64,000 bases of DNA from Hydrurus foetidus (GCA_900617105.1 UYFQ01000006.1:620001-684000); one strand, 5' to 3'. Shown: positions 1-9,872, numbered from the stretch's first letter. Translations and numbers: made by a program. Notes: a model not told the origin generated them from the letters alone.

Positions 1-360
1 AATGCCACTGCCGGGGCCATGTTCCGTGCGGGCAAGGTGCGCTACGTGGGTGTGGCGGCACCCAAGCGCATAGGCAGCTTTCCCAACGTGCCCACCGTGG
101 GCGAATCCGGGGGGCCTGCGAATTTTGAGGTCAGCGGCTGGACGGCTATAGCAGCCCCCAAGGGTGTGCCCAAGGCCGTTGCCGAAAAGATCCAGCGCGA
201 CATCGAAAAAGCCCTGGCCGAGCCAGACGTGAGGGAGAAATTCGCCTCCTTCGCGTATGAGCCGTTCCCACAGACGCGCGAGCAGTTTGGCCAGTACATC
301 ACGTCTGAATCGGCACGCTACGGCGACATCATCAAGAAGGCCAAAGCCTCGCTGGATTGA
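1..360 (+). CDS. Bug/TctC family tripartite tricarboxylate transporter substrate-binding protein (5' partial)
   Basis: Open frame from base 1. C-terminal pattern GKVRYVGVAAPKR..PNVPTVGESG..W..AAPKGVP..ESARYGDIIKKA is typical of Bug/TctC proteins. Confidence 0.9.
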   Translation, partial: NATAGAMFRAGKVRYVGVAAPKRIGSFPNVPTVGESGGPANFEVSGWTAIAAPKGVPKAVAEKIQRDIEKALAEPDVREKFASFAYEPFPQTREQFGQYITSESARYGDIIKKAKASLD

Positions 361-417
361 TGGCGCGACTGCCCCCCTTATTCCAAGCCCAAAGTCCAAA
401 ACCACCGGAGATATCCT

Positions 418-2328
418 ATGAAATCACGATCAAACATTAACGTTCAGTCCGCTGACTCAGCCAATTTTCGGCGTCGCGCACTGACGCTGGTAGCGGCGGG
501 TGCGCTCAGCACTTGCATGCTTAGCGCCTGCGGCGGCAGCGACTCGGCTGACATCGCGGGCCCAGGCGTGTATGACACCAAACTGGCGTTCGACAAAACC
601 AAGTACACCACCATCACTGTCACGCTGGATGGCGTGAGCACGCCGGTGCGCTGGTACCGCGAGGTGTGCTATGTAGCAAACCCCATGAGCCTGGCCCCAA
701 CCCAGCCAGCACTTGGCCCACCGATTCAGGTGGACAACCAGACCTGCGGCTACCAAAACATGAATATCTTCGTTCGCGAGGTCGACGCGGCCAAGCAAGA
801 CAACGCTATTTTGCTCAACGTCAACAACGCTGGCTGGTTTGCCAGCTACCAGGGAGGACTGGGCGGCTGGGATGGGAAAACAACCATTACCGCCAGCAAC
901 TACAAGGGTGCCGATATCGTCAACGGTGGCACATATGTCAGTACGAGCGACACAAACAAAGTGGGCGCAGCACTAGCCCGCGGTTTTGTCTACGCCACCA
1001 TCGCGTCGCGAAGTCGTGGAGCAACTGCGCCTGCGGGTGTCTATACCGACGGGGTCTACCAAGGCAAAGCACCTGCCGCCATCGTGGACGCCAAGGCCGC
1101 TGTACGCTTTTTACGACTAAACGACAGCCTGATGCCAGGCAACGCCAGCCGCATTGTGGTGAACGGCACCAGCGGCGGTGGTGCGCAAAGCACGCAGCTT
1201 GGTGCCACAGGCGACAGCGCGGACTATTTCGCTTACCTGAAAGCTGCGGGTGCGGCCGGCATAGACGCGAACGGCAAAAGCTCAATCAGCGACAGCGTCT
1301 TCGCAATCTCGGCCTATTGCCCAATCCAAGACATGGGCAGTGCCGATCTGGCCTACGAATGGATGTTCAATGTGCTGGGGACTCGTACCCAGGTTTCTGT
1401 TGACCAGAAAGCTGGGCTGATCGTTGACGCTAGCGGTACTGAGCTCGTTCGCGCCGCAAACCCCGACCCTACAGGCAGCGCGGAGCTGATGAAAAAGTTC
1501 GTGACCTACCAGTTGGGTCTGGGTCTAAAGAACGAGGACGGCACGCCGCTGACAACAGACAACATGCTTACCGCCCTGCAAACCGAATTCAGGAAGTCTG
1601 CAAGCACGTACGTCAAGTCCGGTCGCCCCTTCGTTGCCTTCAACGCAACCGGGACCGCTGCGGCCAACGGCGTGGCGGGCGGCAGTGGAACCCTGAGCTA
1701 CAAGAACGATTTCATCGACGTCGATGCAGGCGGTACGGTCACATTCTTTGAGATGTCGAAATACTTGAAGTTCGTGGCCAAGCAGGCGCGACTTAAAGCC
1801 ATGTCGAGTTTTGACCAGGTCGGGCAGACAGCCATTCTGTCGACGACCGCGACGGCCGATACGACCAGCACGGGCGCAGTCATCTTTGGCAATTACCACG
1901 GGGGCGAATCCAACCTGTTTGGCACCCCTTCCCAGGTCTATTCCAACTTCACCGAATACGCCTGGAACAACAACAACGGTGGTGACGCCATCAATGCCGT
2001 GCAAAGCGATGTGGGTTTGAAGAATACGGGCAAAACCTGGGCTGCCAGCCCCCAGCAGGCTTTTCTGATAAACCAATACAAGATGATCAACGCACTGTCC
2101 TATGTCGGCAAGACCGATGGCATTACGACTAACTGGCGCATCAGGGTTGGCGCGCGGGATCGAGATACGTCCTTCACTGTGGCATACAACCTCAGCCGCG
2201 CCCTGAAAGCGGATGCCAAGGTCAAGGATGTCGATTTCGCCCTCCACTGGGATCAGGGGCACGCCGGCAATTACGACGTGCTCAATGCCTTCACCTGGAT
2301 CGACCAGAAACTGGCTGCCGCAAAGTAA
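418..2328 (+). CDS. TanB-like bacterial tannase (alpha/beta hydrolase), predicted lipoprotein
   Basis: Motifs GKAPAAIVDAKAAVRFLR, nucleophile elbow NGTSGGG, YCPI..ADLAYEW, WRIRVG.RDRDTS and W.QGH.GNYD match the Lactobacillus TanB-type tannase family. N-terminus has RRR, a hydrophobic stretch and lipobox LSAC. GGAG lies upstream. Adjacent to gallate dioxygenase. Confidence 0.78.
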   Translation: MKSRSNINVQSADSANFRRRALTLVAAGALSTCMLSACGGSDSADIAGPGVYDTKLAFDKTKYTTITVTLDGVSTPVRWYREVCYVANPMSLAPTQPALGPPIQVDNQTCGYQNMNIFVREVDAAKQDNAILLNVNNAGWFASYQGGLGGWDGKTTITASNYKGADIVNGGTYVSTSDTNKVGAALARGFVYATIASRSRGATAPAGVYTDGVYQGKAPAAIVDAKAAVRFLRLNDSLMPGNASRIVVNGTSGGGAQSTQLGATGDSADYFAYLKAAGAAGIDANGKSSISDSVFAISAYCPIQDMGSADLAYEWMFNVLGTRTQVSVDQKAGLIVDASGTELVRAANPDPTGSAELMKKFVTYQLGLGLKNEDGTPLTTDNMLTALQTEFRKSASTYVKSGRPFVAFNATGTAAANGVAGGSGTLSYKNDFIDVDAGGTVTFFEMSKYLKFVAKQARLKAMSSFDQVGQTAILSTTATADTTSTGAVIFGNYHGGESNLFGTPSQVYSNFTEYAWNNNNGGDAINAVQSDVGLKNTGKTWAASPQQAFLINQYKMINALSYVGKTDGITTNWRIRVGARDRDTSFTVAYNLSRALKADAKVKDVDFALHWDQGHAGNYDVLNAFTWIDQKLAAAK

Positions 2329-2338
2329 GGGTAGACAT

Positions 2339-3640
2339 ATGGCCACCATCATCGGGGCGATCGCTTCGTCCCACACCCCCACCATCGGTTTTGCCTTTGA
2401 CCGTAACAAGCAGCAAGACCCGGTATGGGCCCCCATCTTCGAGGCCTTCGGCCCGGTGCACCAGTGGATGGCCGAGAAAAAGCCCGAGGTACTGTTCTTC
2501 ATCTACAACGATCACATCAGCTCTTTCTTTTTCGACCACTACTCAGCCTTCACGCTGGGGGTAGGCGAGCGTTACGAAGTCGCGGATGAGGGGGGCGGGC
2601 CGCGCGACCTGCCCTCTGTGGCTGGGCACAGCGGTCTGGCACGGCACATTGGACAATCGCTGGTAGCAGACGAGTTCGACATGTCGTTCTTTCAGGACAA
2701 GGCACTCGACCACGGCTGCTTCTCGCCCCTGTCCATGCTGGCCGATCACAAACCTGACTGGCCCATTTCCATCGTGCCGCTACAAGTAGGTGTACTTCAA
2801 TCACCAGTGCCATCGGCCAAGCGCTGCTACCGATTGGGCCAAGCCTTGCGCCGAGCCATCGAGAGCTACCCAGAGGATCTGCGCGTGGCCATCGTCGCCA
2901 CGGGTGGGCTGTCGCACCAGGTACACGGCGAGCGCTGCGGCTTCAACAACCCTGCGTGGGATACCCAGTTTCTGAACCTCATCGAAAACGACCCGGTGCG
3001 CCTGAGCGAGATGACACAGGCCGAGCTGGCCGAGCTCGGGGGCACCGAAGGGGCCGAGGTCATCATGTGGCTGATCATGCGCGGTGCGCTGTCAGCCAAT
3101 ATCCGCAAAGTACACCAAAGCTACTACCTGCCCTCAATGACGGGCATCGCCACGGCTGTGTACGACAACTTGGCCATGCCTGCAGTCAAGGGCGAAATAC
3201 AGCGCCACCGCCAGCATATGGCACAGGAGCTTAAAGGCTTGCAAGCCCTGACCGGCAGCTACCCGTTCGACCTGGAACGCAGCGTCAAGACCTACCGCCT
3301 CAACAAGTACTTGCACGCGATGGTTGAACCGGCCCACCGGGCAGCGTTCATCCAGGATCCGCAGGCGAGCTATGACCGCGCAGGCTTAACCCTCGACGAA
3401 CAGCGCATGGTGAGCGCTCGCGACTGGCAAGCGCTGATCCACTATGGCGTGATCTTTTTCGTACTGGAAAAACTGGGCGCGGTGATCGGTGTGTCCAACC
3501 TGCACATCTACGCGGCAATGCGTGGCGAAACCCTGGCGCAGTTCCAGCAGACCCGCAACGCACCGAATGTGGTGTATTCCGTGGCCAGAAATGACATCCA
3601 TTCCCCGGCATGGGACACCACCGATACCGCCAAAGACTGA
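2339..3640 (+). CDS. galA: Gallate dioxygenase (class III extradiol dioxygenase, LigB domain plus C-terminal LigA-like domain)
   Basis: ATG at 2339 gives MATIIGAIASSHTPTIGFAFD..WAPIFE, with YNDH, GGLSHQV and EGAEVIMWL motifs and a C-terminal LigA-like domain. This is the GalA/DesB architecture. Confidence 0.88.
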   Translation: MATIIGAIASSHTPTIGFAFDRNKQQDPVWAPIFEAFGPVHQWMAEKKPEVLFFIYNDHISSFFFDHYSAFTLGVGERYEVADEGGGPRDLPSVAGHSGLARHIGQSLVADEFDMSFFQDKALDHGCFSPLSMLADHKPDWPISIVPLQVGVLQSPVPSAKRCYRLGQALRRAIESYPEDLRVAIVATGGLSHQVHGERCGFNNPAWDTQFLNLIENDPVRLSEMTQAELAELGGTEGAEVIMWLIMRGALSANIRKVHQSYYLPSMTGIATAVYDNLAMPAVKGEIQRHRQHMAQELKGLQALTGSYPFDLERSVKTYRLNKYLHAMVEPAHRAAFIQDPQASYDRAGLTLDEQRMVSARDWQALIHYGVIFFVLEKLGAVIGVSNLHIYAAMRGETLAQFQQTRNAPNVVYSVARNDIHSPAWDTTDTAKD

Positions 3641-3726
3641 ACGGGTATGCCCGCTGCACGACATCTCCCCCGCAAAAAACCCGTGATCCACAACCCATAA
3701 CCCACATCCATCTAGGAGACTCAACC

Positions 3727-4827
3727 GTGTTGAACAAAAAATTTCTGGCCATCAGCTTGGCCACCGCAGCCACCTGCGGCAACGTCGCAGCCCAAACCTC
3801 CAGCGTGACGGTGTACGGCATCGTGGACGCTGCCGTCGAACACATCACCAACGCCCCCTCTGGCGGCATCACCCGCATGCCAGGGCTGTCGGGCAGCGTA
3901 CCGTCCCGGCTGGGCTTTCGCGGCAACGAAGACCTCGGTGGCGGGCTGCGTGGCGTGTTCAACATGGAAATGGGCTTTGGCACAGACAGCGGAACCCCCA
4001 ACCAAGGCGGACGGGCTTTTGGCAGACAGTCCTACGTGGGTATCGGCAACGAAACAGGCACCTTCACACTGGGTCGCCAGTACACGATGCTGTTCTGGTC
4101 GCTGCTGGACGCCGACATCCTCGGGCCAAACCTCTACGGATCAGGCTCGATGGACAGCTACCTGCCCAACGCACGCGCAGACAATTCCGTGGCTTACCGA
4201 GGCAGCATGAATGGCTTCACCGTGGGTGCAACCTACAGCTTAGGGCGCGACGTGGTGAACGCAGGCCCCAGCCCGGCGGGCACCAACTGCGCAGGCGAAA
4301 GCGCCACCGACAAGAATGCTTGCCGCGAATGGTCGGCCATGCTCAAGTACGACGCGCCACAGTGGGGGGCCGCCTTGGCCACAGACACCATTCGCGGTGG
4401 CACCGGGGCATTCGCTGGCCTGACCAGCAGCGCACTCAAAGACACCCGCACCACCGTCAATGGCTACGGCAAACTGGGTGCCTGGAAGATCGGCGGCGGT
4501 GTGCTCAGCCGCAATAACAATGCCAGTGCCACCACCCCACGCAGCGACCTGTGGTTCCTGAGCGCGAGCTATGCAGCCACCCCTTTGCTGGTAATTGATG
4601 GCGGGTATTTTGACCTCAAGTACAAAAACAGCGCGAACAAAGCCAGCCTCGTGGCGCTGCGGGCCACCTACAGTTTGAGCAAGCGCACAGCCACCTATGT
4701 GTCAATGGGCAACATGAGCAACGCTGGCACGCTGGCCCTGTCCGTCAGCAACGGCCAAGCCGGGGGCGCACCCAGCGCAGGAAGCGGTCAAACCGGGGTT
4801 GCTGTGGGTATCCGGCATTCGTTCTGA
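3727..4827 (+). CDS. Gram-negative (betaproteobacterial) porin
   Basis: Signal peptide, SSVTVYGIVD, SRLGFRGNEDLGGGL, YSLSKRT and C-terminal GIRHSF. AGGAGA precedes GTG 3727/TTG 3730. Confidence 0.93.
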   Translation: MLNKKFLAISLATAATCGNVAAQTSSVTVYGIVDAAVEHITNAPSGGITRMPGLSGSVPSRLGFRGNEDLGGGLRGVFNMEMGFGTDSGTPNQGGRAFGRQSYVGIGNETGTFTLGRQYTMLFWSLLDADILGPNLYGSGSMDSYLPNARADNSVAYRGSMNGFTVGATYSLGRDVVNAGPSPAGTNCAGESATDKNACREWSAMLKYDAPQWGAALATDTIRGGTGAFAGLTSSALKDTRTTVNGYGKLGAWKIGGGVLSRNNNASATTPRSDLWFLSASYAATPLLVIDGGYFDLKYKNSANKASLVALRATYSLSKRTATYVSMGNMSNAGTLALSVSNGQAGGAPSAGSGQTGVAVGIRHSF

Positions 4828-4842
4828 CACCCCATGCCGTCA

Positions 4843-4876
4843 TGTTGGCGCTTGCCTGATCAGGCATTCGCCGACA
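4843..4876. repeat. Stem-loop/palindrome downstream of the porin gene
   Basis: TGTTGGCG-CT-TGCCTGATCAGGCA-TT-CGCCGACA: a perfect 14-bp central palindrome with pairing flanks. No U-tract follows. Confidence 0.5.
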
Positions 4877-4918
4877 AGATGCAGGGTTTCCACCTTTCTT
4901 GATACCTCGGAGGCCCAC

Positions 4919-5761
4919 ATAACCCCACGTCGTCCATTGCTGCGCAGCATTTTTCTGACGCTCCTCTTTCTGGCTGGCACCAACAGCCCCACGTTGAGCC
5001 AGACTGCGGGCAAAACCGAGCTGCTGTGGTTGGGCCAAGCCGCTTTCAGGCTGACCACGCCATCAGGCAAAGTGATCGTGATTGACCCCTGGCTCAAAGC
5101 CAACCCTCTGACACCTCTCGAGTACAAAGACCTGGAAAAACTCGGCAAGGTGGATCTGATTCTGGTCTCCCACGGGCATGGCGACCATATCGCCGATGCA
5201 CCCGCACTGGCCCTGATGCACAAAGCCCGTGTGTTTGCCCCCGGCGACCTGAACCAGACACTGACCGTGCTGGGCGTGCTGCCCCCCGAACTGGCACCCC
5301 GCATGAACAAGGGCGGCACCATAACCCCGTTCGCAGACGAACCGGGTATCCGCATCACCGCCGTACGGGCGGAGCACTCGTCGGTCTATGTCTGGAAAAA
5401 CCCAGCCAATGGCAAGGACGAAACCCATGTAGGTGGTGAACCCGTGGGCTTCATCATCGACATCGAAAACAGCGTGAAGATCTACCACACTGGCGATACA
5501 GGACTTTTTGGCGATATGAAGTTGATCGGGGATTACTACAAACCGGATGTGGTGTTGACTCCCATTGGCGGCAACTTCACCATGGATCCCATCGATGCGG
5601 CCTACGCGACCAAAGAGTGGCTGAAACCCAAAGCGGTGATCCCCATGCATTACGGAGCCAACCCGCTCGCCAAAGGCACGCTGGCCCAGTTCCAAAAAGC
5701 CATGGGCACCAGCGCAATTCAGGTGCTGGGCATGCGGCCAGGCGAGACCGCACGGTTCTAG
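4919..5761 (+). CDS. Metal-dependent hydrolase, metallo-beta-lactamase fold (UPF0173-like), with signal peptide
   Basis: WLGQAAF, IDPW, SHGHGDH, AEHSS, YHTGDT, PIGGNFTMDP and PMHY motifs. Start uncertain: ATA at 4919 after GGAGG, or TTG at 4937. Confidence 0.85.
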   Translation: MTPRRPLLRSIFLTLLFLAGTNSPTLSQTAGKTELLWLGQAAFRLTTPSGKVIVIDPWLKANPLTPLEYKDLEKLGKVDLILVSHGHGDHIADAPALALMHKARVFAPGDLNQTLTVLGVLPPELAPRMNKGGTITPFADEPGIRITAVRAEHSSVYVWKNPANGKDETHVGGEPVGFIIDIENSVKIYHTGDTGLFGDMKLIGDYYKPDVVLTPIGGNFTMDPIDAAYATKEWLKPKAVIPMHYGANPLAKGTLAQFQKAMGTSAIQVLGMRPGETARF

Positions 5762-5939
5762 GGGCTTGACCATGTGGTACTGGCGGGTGGCTGCGTACTG
5801 TCCACAACTTACAAGGAGCTGGGGCTAGCGGCAAGTGCAGGCTCAGGCATCCGCAGCGCCCAAGACTGCATCGAAAAAATAGGTGTACCGGGGCTGAACG
5901 CGGTGGTGACGAGGACAAACCTGTCATCGAGCACCGATC

Positions 5940-5993
5940 ACTATTAAAACAATAGCTGTTTATGCCCAATGGACAAGCGCAAAAGCTTATTTG
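5940..5993 (+). repeat. 54-bp dispersed AT-rich repeat, copy A (intergenic)
   Basis: CTAT-N7-ATAGCT-N6-GC-N9-AAGCG-N9-ATTTG. Same spacing as the copies at 33669, 49628 and 53684. Confidence 0.65.
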
Positions 5994-6049
5994 TTTATAG
6001 TTGCAGGTTTACGCCCTCACCTTTTAGTCCTTACCTACAGGAATCCTCC

Positions 6050-6475
6050 ATGCGCATTTGGAAACAATCCATTTCTATCGAGTCTCTCACCGCCATCCAT
6101 GTGAACACGGCGGTTGATCATCTCGGTATGGAGTTTTTAGAGGTCGGCGATGATTTCATCAAAGCCCGTATTCCCGTGGACAAGCGCACCCAGCAGCCCT
6201 ACGGTTTACTGCATGGCGGGGTATCGGTGGTGCTGGCTGAAACGTTGGGTTCGTGTGGTGCTGCGTATTGCTGCCCCGAGGGCTACCGCGCGGTGGGCCT
6301 GGACATCAACGCCAACCACATCAAGGGAGCAACAAGTGGCTGGGTAACGGGCATCACCCGCCCCGTGCATGTGGGGCGCACCACGCAGGTATGGCAAATT
6401 GACATGACAAACGATGCGGGCGAGTTGACCTGCGTGTCGCGCATCACGATGGCGGTTTTGGCACCTAAGGCCTGA
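6050..6475 (+). CDS. PaaI/hotdog-fold thioesterase (MenI/YdiI-like)
   Basis: QPYGLLHGGVSVVLAETLGS and VGLDINANH motifs. AGGAA upstream of ATG 6050. Confidence 0.92.
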   Translation: MRIWKQSISIESLTAIHVNTAVDHLGMEFLEVGDDFIKARIPVDKRTQQPYGLLHGGVSVVLAETLGSCGAAYCCPEGYRAVGLDINANHIKGATSGWVTGITRPVHVGRTTQVWQIDMTNDAGELTCVSRITMAVLAPKA

Positions 6476-6489
6476 CCAGTGCAAAACGT

Positions 6490-6858
6490 CTACCAACGCC
6501 GCCGCCCCGGCGTGAAATCGCCACCTAACTCTTCGGCCCGCAGTGCAGAGATTACAAAGTGAATCGACAGCACAGAAAAACAAATAAAGCCGAAGCCTAA
6601 GAAAAACTTGATCCCTGCGGTTTGGCCGCTGGGTAAGCCTGTGACCAGCATCAGCAGCAATATGGCCGCTGCTGCCACCGAAGTCAAGGCCAGCCAGTAG
6701 CCTCGCCGGCGGTGGTGAGTGACCGTTTCGGGTTCTGGCTCAGACAATGCATCAGCGGGCTCGCGGCCGACGTACATCGTGGGATGTTGGTAGAAGATGG
6801 TACCGCTCGATACCTTGGGTTTCTTCGCCAGCGGGTTTTTGATGTGAAAGCGAGACAT
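6490..6858 (-). CDS. Hypothetical membrane protein (two predicted TM helices)
   Basis: ORF fills the gap directly downstream of the adenosyltransferase gene. Two hydrophobic segments. No family recognised. Confidence 0.55.
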   Translation of the reverse strand: MSRFHIKNPLAKKPKVSSGTIFYQHPTMYVGREPADALSEPEPETVTHHRRRGYWLALTSVAAAAILLLMLVTGLPSGQTAGIKFFLGFGFICFSVLSIHFVISALRAEELGGDFTPGRRRW

Positions 6859-6869
6859 AGGAACCAACT

Positions 6870-7439
6870 TTAAGACGATTGTTCGGCTTGCGCCATGCGT
6901 TCGCTTTTCCAGTACACATCATCACCACCGTCCATGCGGTTCAGCACGCGAGCGAGTACAAACATCAGATCGCTCAACCGGTTCAAATACTGGCGTGGCG
7001 TATCTTTTAAAGCCTCGGTTTTTTCCAACGCCACCACAGCACGCTCTGCCCGACGGGCAACGGTGCGGCAGACATGGGCGAGCGACGCAGCGCGGGTGCC
7101 TGCGGGCAAGATGAACTCTTGCAAGCGGGGGAGTGTGGCGTTGTGCTCGGCCAGCGCGTCGTCCAGCACGAGCAAGGCCTCGGCTTTCAGCAGCTCAAAA
7201 CCGGGAATGGATAACTCACCACCCAAATTGAACAGCTGGTGCTGCACCTCTACCAACAGGTGGCGTACGCCCTCAGGCATGGGTTCGCAAAGCAACAGGC
7301 CGATGTGGGAGTTCAACTCGTCCACATCGCCCATCGCATGAACACGCAGACTGTCTTTGCTAACGCGGGTGTTGTCACCCAAGCCTGTGCTGCCGTTGTC
7401 CCCGGTACGGGTGGCGATTTGTGTGAGTCGGTTGCCCAT
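6870..7439 (-). CDS. ATP:cob(I)alamin adenosyltransferase, PduO type
   Basis: TRTGDNG.TGL, GDVDELNS, FILPAG, RTVARRAER and YLNRLSD motifs. Confidence 0.95.
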   Translation of the reverse strand: MGNRLTQIATRTGDNGSTGLGDNTRVSKDSLRVHAMGDVDELNSHIGLLLCEPMPEGVRHLLVEVQHQLFNLGGELSIPGFELLKAEALLVLDDALAEHNATLPRLQEFILPAGTRAASLAHVCRTVARRAERAVVALEKTEALKDTPRQYLNRLSDLMFVLARVLNRMDGGDDVYWKSERMAQAEQSS

Positions 7440-7522
7440 GTGCTGACCTTGGTAGAAAATGAAACGCTACAGCCTCTATTGTCCCGCTTTCTGCCCCTGA
7501 AACCCCCAACACACCCACAACC

Positions 7523-8947
7523 ATGAACGCACCCACACCAGCCAGCCACCTCATGCCCGAAATCCACCAGCGCGAGGTGCCACAAGCCTTGGTTGACGCG
7601 CTCAAAGCCCGTTTTGGAGAGCGCTGCTCTACTGCACTGGTGGTGCGCGAACAGCATGGGCGCGATGAATCCTCGTTCGCCGCACCGCCGCCCTCAGCCG
7701 TGGTGTTCGCCGAGAGCACGCAAGATGTGGCCGATGCGGTGAAGCTGGCCAGCACCTACAGCGTGCCCGTCATCCCGTTTGGTGTGGGCTCGTCGCTGGA
7801 GGGGCACTTGCTGGCCGTGCAGGGTGGTATCAGCCTGGATGTATCGCGCATGAACCGCGTGTTGTCGATCAACGCTGAGGATCTGACGGTGACGGTGGAG
7901 CCGGGCGTGACGCGCAAGCAGCTCAATGAAGAAGTCAAATCCACTGGCTTGTTTTTCCCAATTGACCCCGGTGCCGATGCCACGCTGGGCGGTATGAGTG
8001 CGACCCGTGCCAGCGGCACCAACGCCGTGCGCTACGGCACCATGCGCGAGAACGTGCTGGCGCTGGAGGTGGTAACAGCCAGCGGCGAGGTGATCCATAC
8101 CGGCTCGCGGGCTAAAAAAAGCAGCGCAGGCTACGACTTGACGCGCCTGATGGTGGGCAGCGAGGGCACGCTGGGCGTTATCACCGCTGTGACGGTGAAG
8201 CTGTACCCTTTGCCTGAAGCGGTATCTGCAGCTATTTGCTCATTCCCCAGCATTGAAGCGGCTGTACGCACCACGATTCAAGTGATCCAGATGGGTATCC
8301 CGATTGCGCGGGTGGAGCTGATCGACCACAACACGGTGCGCATGGTGAACGCGCACAGCAAGCTGGGTTTACGTGAAGAGCCGATGTTGTTGATGGAATT
8401 CCACGGCAGCCCAGCGGGCGTGAAGGAGCAAGCGGAACTGGTGCAAGAAATCGCCGCTGAATTCGGCGGCAATGCTTTCGAGTGGGCCACCACCCCGGAA
8501 AAGCGTACCCGGCTGTGGACAGCACGGCACAACGCCTACTTTGCAGCCATCCAAAGCCGCCCCGGCTGCCGCGCCATCAGCACCGACACCTGCGTGCCTA
8601 TTTCACGGCTGGCAGATTGCCTGCTGGAATCCATCACCGAAGTCGATGCCAGCGGCATCCCCTACTTTCTGGTCGGCCACGTGGGAGACGGCAACTTCCA
8701 CTTTGGCTATTTGATTGACCCCACCCTGCCCGCAGAGCGCGAGATTGCCGAAGCCCTGAACCACAAGCTGGTCGCCCGTGCGCTGAACTTGGAGGGCACC
8801 TGCACCGGCGAGCACGGCATTGGGCTGCACAAAATGGATTTTTTGGTGACAGAAACGGGAGCAGGAGCCGTGAACATGATGCGCACCATCAAGCAGGCGC
8901 TTGACCCTAAGAACATCATGAACCCTGGAAAGATTTTTACGCTGTAA
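7523..8947 (+). CDS. FAD-linked 2-hydroxyacid oxidase/dehydrogenase (GlcD/D-lactate dehydrogenase type)
   Basis: PFGVGSSLEGH, FPIDPGADA, GSEGTLG, GHVGDGNFH, GEHGIG and NPGK motifs. Confidence 0.92.
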   Translation: MNAPTPASHLMPEIHQREVPQALVDALKARFGERCSTALVVREQHGRDESSFAAPPPSAVVFAESTQDVADAVKLASTYSVPVIPFGVGSSLEGHLLAVQGGISLDVSRMNRVLSINAEDLTVTVEPGVTRKQLNEEVKSTGLFFPIDPGADATLGGMSATRASGTNAVRYGTMRENVLALEVVTASGEVIHTGSRAKKSSAGYDLTRLMVGSEGTLGVITAVTVKLYPLPEAVSAAICSFPSIEAAVRTTIQVIQMGIPIARVELIDHNTVRMVNAHSKLGLREEPMLLMEFHGSPAGVKEQAELVQEIAAEFGGNAFEWATTPEKRTRLWTARHNAYFAAIQSRPGCRAISTDTCVPISRLADCLLESITEVDASGIPYFLVGHVGDGNFHFGYLIDPTLPAEREIAEALNHKLVARALNLEGTCTGEHGIGLHKMDFLVTETGAGAVNMMRTIKQALDPKNIMNPGKIFTL

Positions 8948-8951
8948 CGGT

Positions 8952-9872
8952 TTACTTCTTCTTTTTGCTGCTTGCCGCAGCGGCAGGCGCAGGCGCAGCC
9001 GCCCCGGGTGCAGAGGTTTGCGACGGCGCCGCACCACCGTCCACACCCAAACGCCCACCGCCGCCCAGACCTTGGCCTTTGACGCTTTGGGCTTTGTAAT
9101 TGCGCAGTGAGATCACCATTTGGTTGTAGGCATCCATGAAGGCGGCTGCGATCACTTTGCCTTGTGGGGTATTGGAGTAGCTGCTGATGCCGCCACCGCC
9201 AGAGCCGCCAAACAGGGCGCCAAAGCCACCGATATCCATTTTGGAGGCACTGCCCTCAGACGCGGCAATTTGCACGCCAGAGCGGTTGTCGATCATCGTC
9301 AGCATGGCGCTGGCTTCGCGGGTTTTGGAGTTGGCACCCACGGCACCGAGCAAGCGGCCTGCGCTGCCGGGAATCAAACCGCCAATAGCGCCAGCCATGC
9401 CGCCGGTGTCTTGGTTAAAGATCACTTCGGGCGACAGACCGTAGTCAGACGACACCATCTGGCCTTTGCCAAAGTTGCTGCCCTGGCGCATCTCACCACT
9501 GTCAGAGATCGCACGTTCGCGGGACATGGCATTCATACCGGCGGCGCTGCGCTCAACGATGATGAAGCAGTTGGACTGCTGAATCATCAAACGCAGCAAG
9601 TTCGAGGTGGGTGGCAAGCGATATTCGTTACGCAAAATGGTGAACCAGCCTGCGCTTTGGTTCTCGATCAGCGACACGGTGCCCAGAGCAGAGTCACACT
9701 TTTCAAGTGCGCTATTGGCGTTGTTGCTGGTAGCACCGCCTGCGCTGCCGGTCGCAACGGTTTTGGCTTCGGGGGCACCCATTTTCATGTCGGCGGCAGC
9801 ACAAGCCGTGAGCAGGGCCGCACCCACGAGAAGAGAAAAACGAGACAGAGTGATGTTGATGGTGGGGTGCAT
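8952..9872 (-). CDS. CsgG/HfaB family lipoprotein
   Basis: Lipobox LTAC. LLRLMIQQSNCFIIVER, NFGKGQM and glycine-rich segments. Confidence 0.75.
   Translation of the reverse strand: MHPTINITLSRFSLLVGAALLTACAAADMKMGAPEAKTVATGSAGGATSNNANSALEKCDSALGTVSLIENQSAGWFTILRNEYRLPPTSNLLRLMIQQSNCFIIVERSAAGMNAMSRERAISDSGEMRQGSNFGKGQMVSSDYGLSPEVIFNQDTGGMAGAIGGLIPGSAGRLLGAVGANSKTREASAMLTMIDNRSGVQIAASEGSASKMDIGGFGALFGGSGGGGISSYSNTPQGKVIAAAFMDAYNQMVISLRNYKAQSVKGQGLGGGGRLGVDGGAAPSQTSAPGAAAPAPAAAASSKKKK

Noticed and set aside
418..2328. MHETase/PET-degradation interpretation of the tannase-like lipoprotein plus TTT protein
   Set aside because: The motifs match TanB-type tannases rather than the feruloyl-esterase-like family containing MHETase, and the neighbour is a gallate, not terephthalate, dioxygenase.
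2213..2338. N-terminal extension of the dioxygenase ORF overlapping the tannase
   Set aside because: Similarity to gallate dioxygenases starts at MATIIG (2339). The extension is an ORF-caller artefact.
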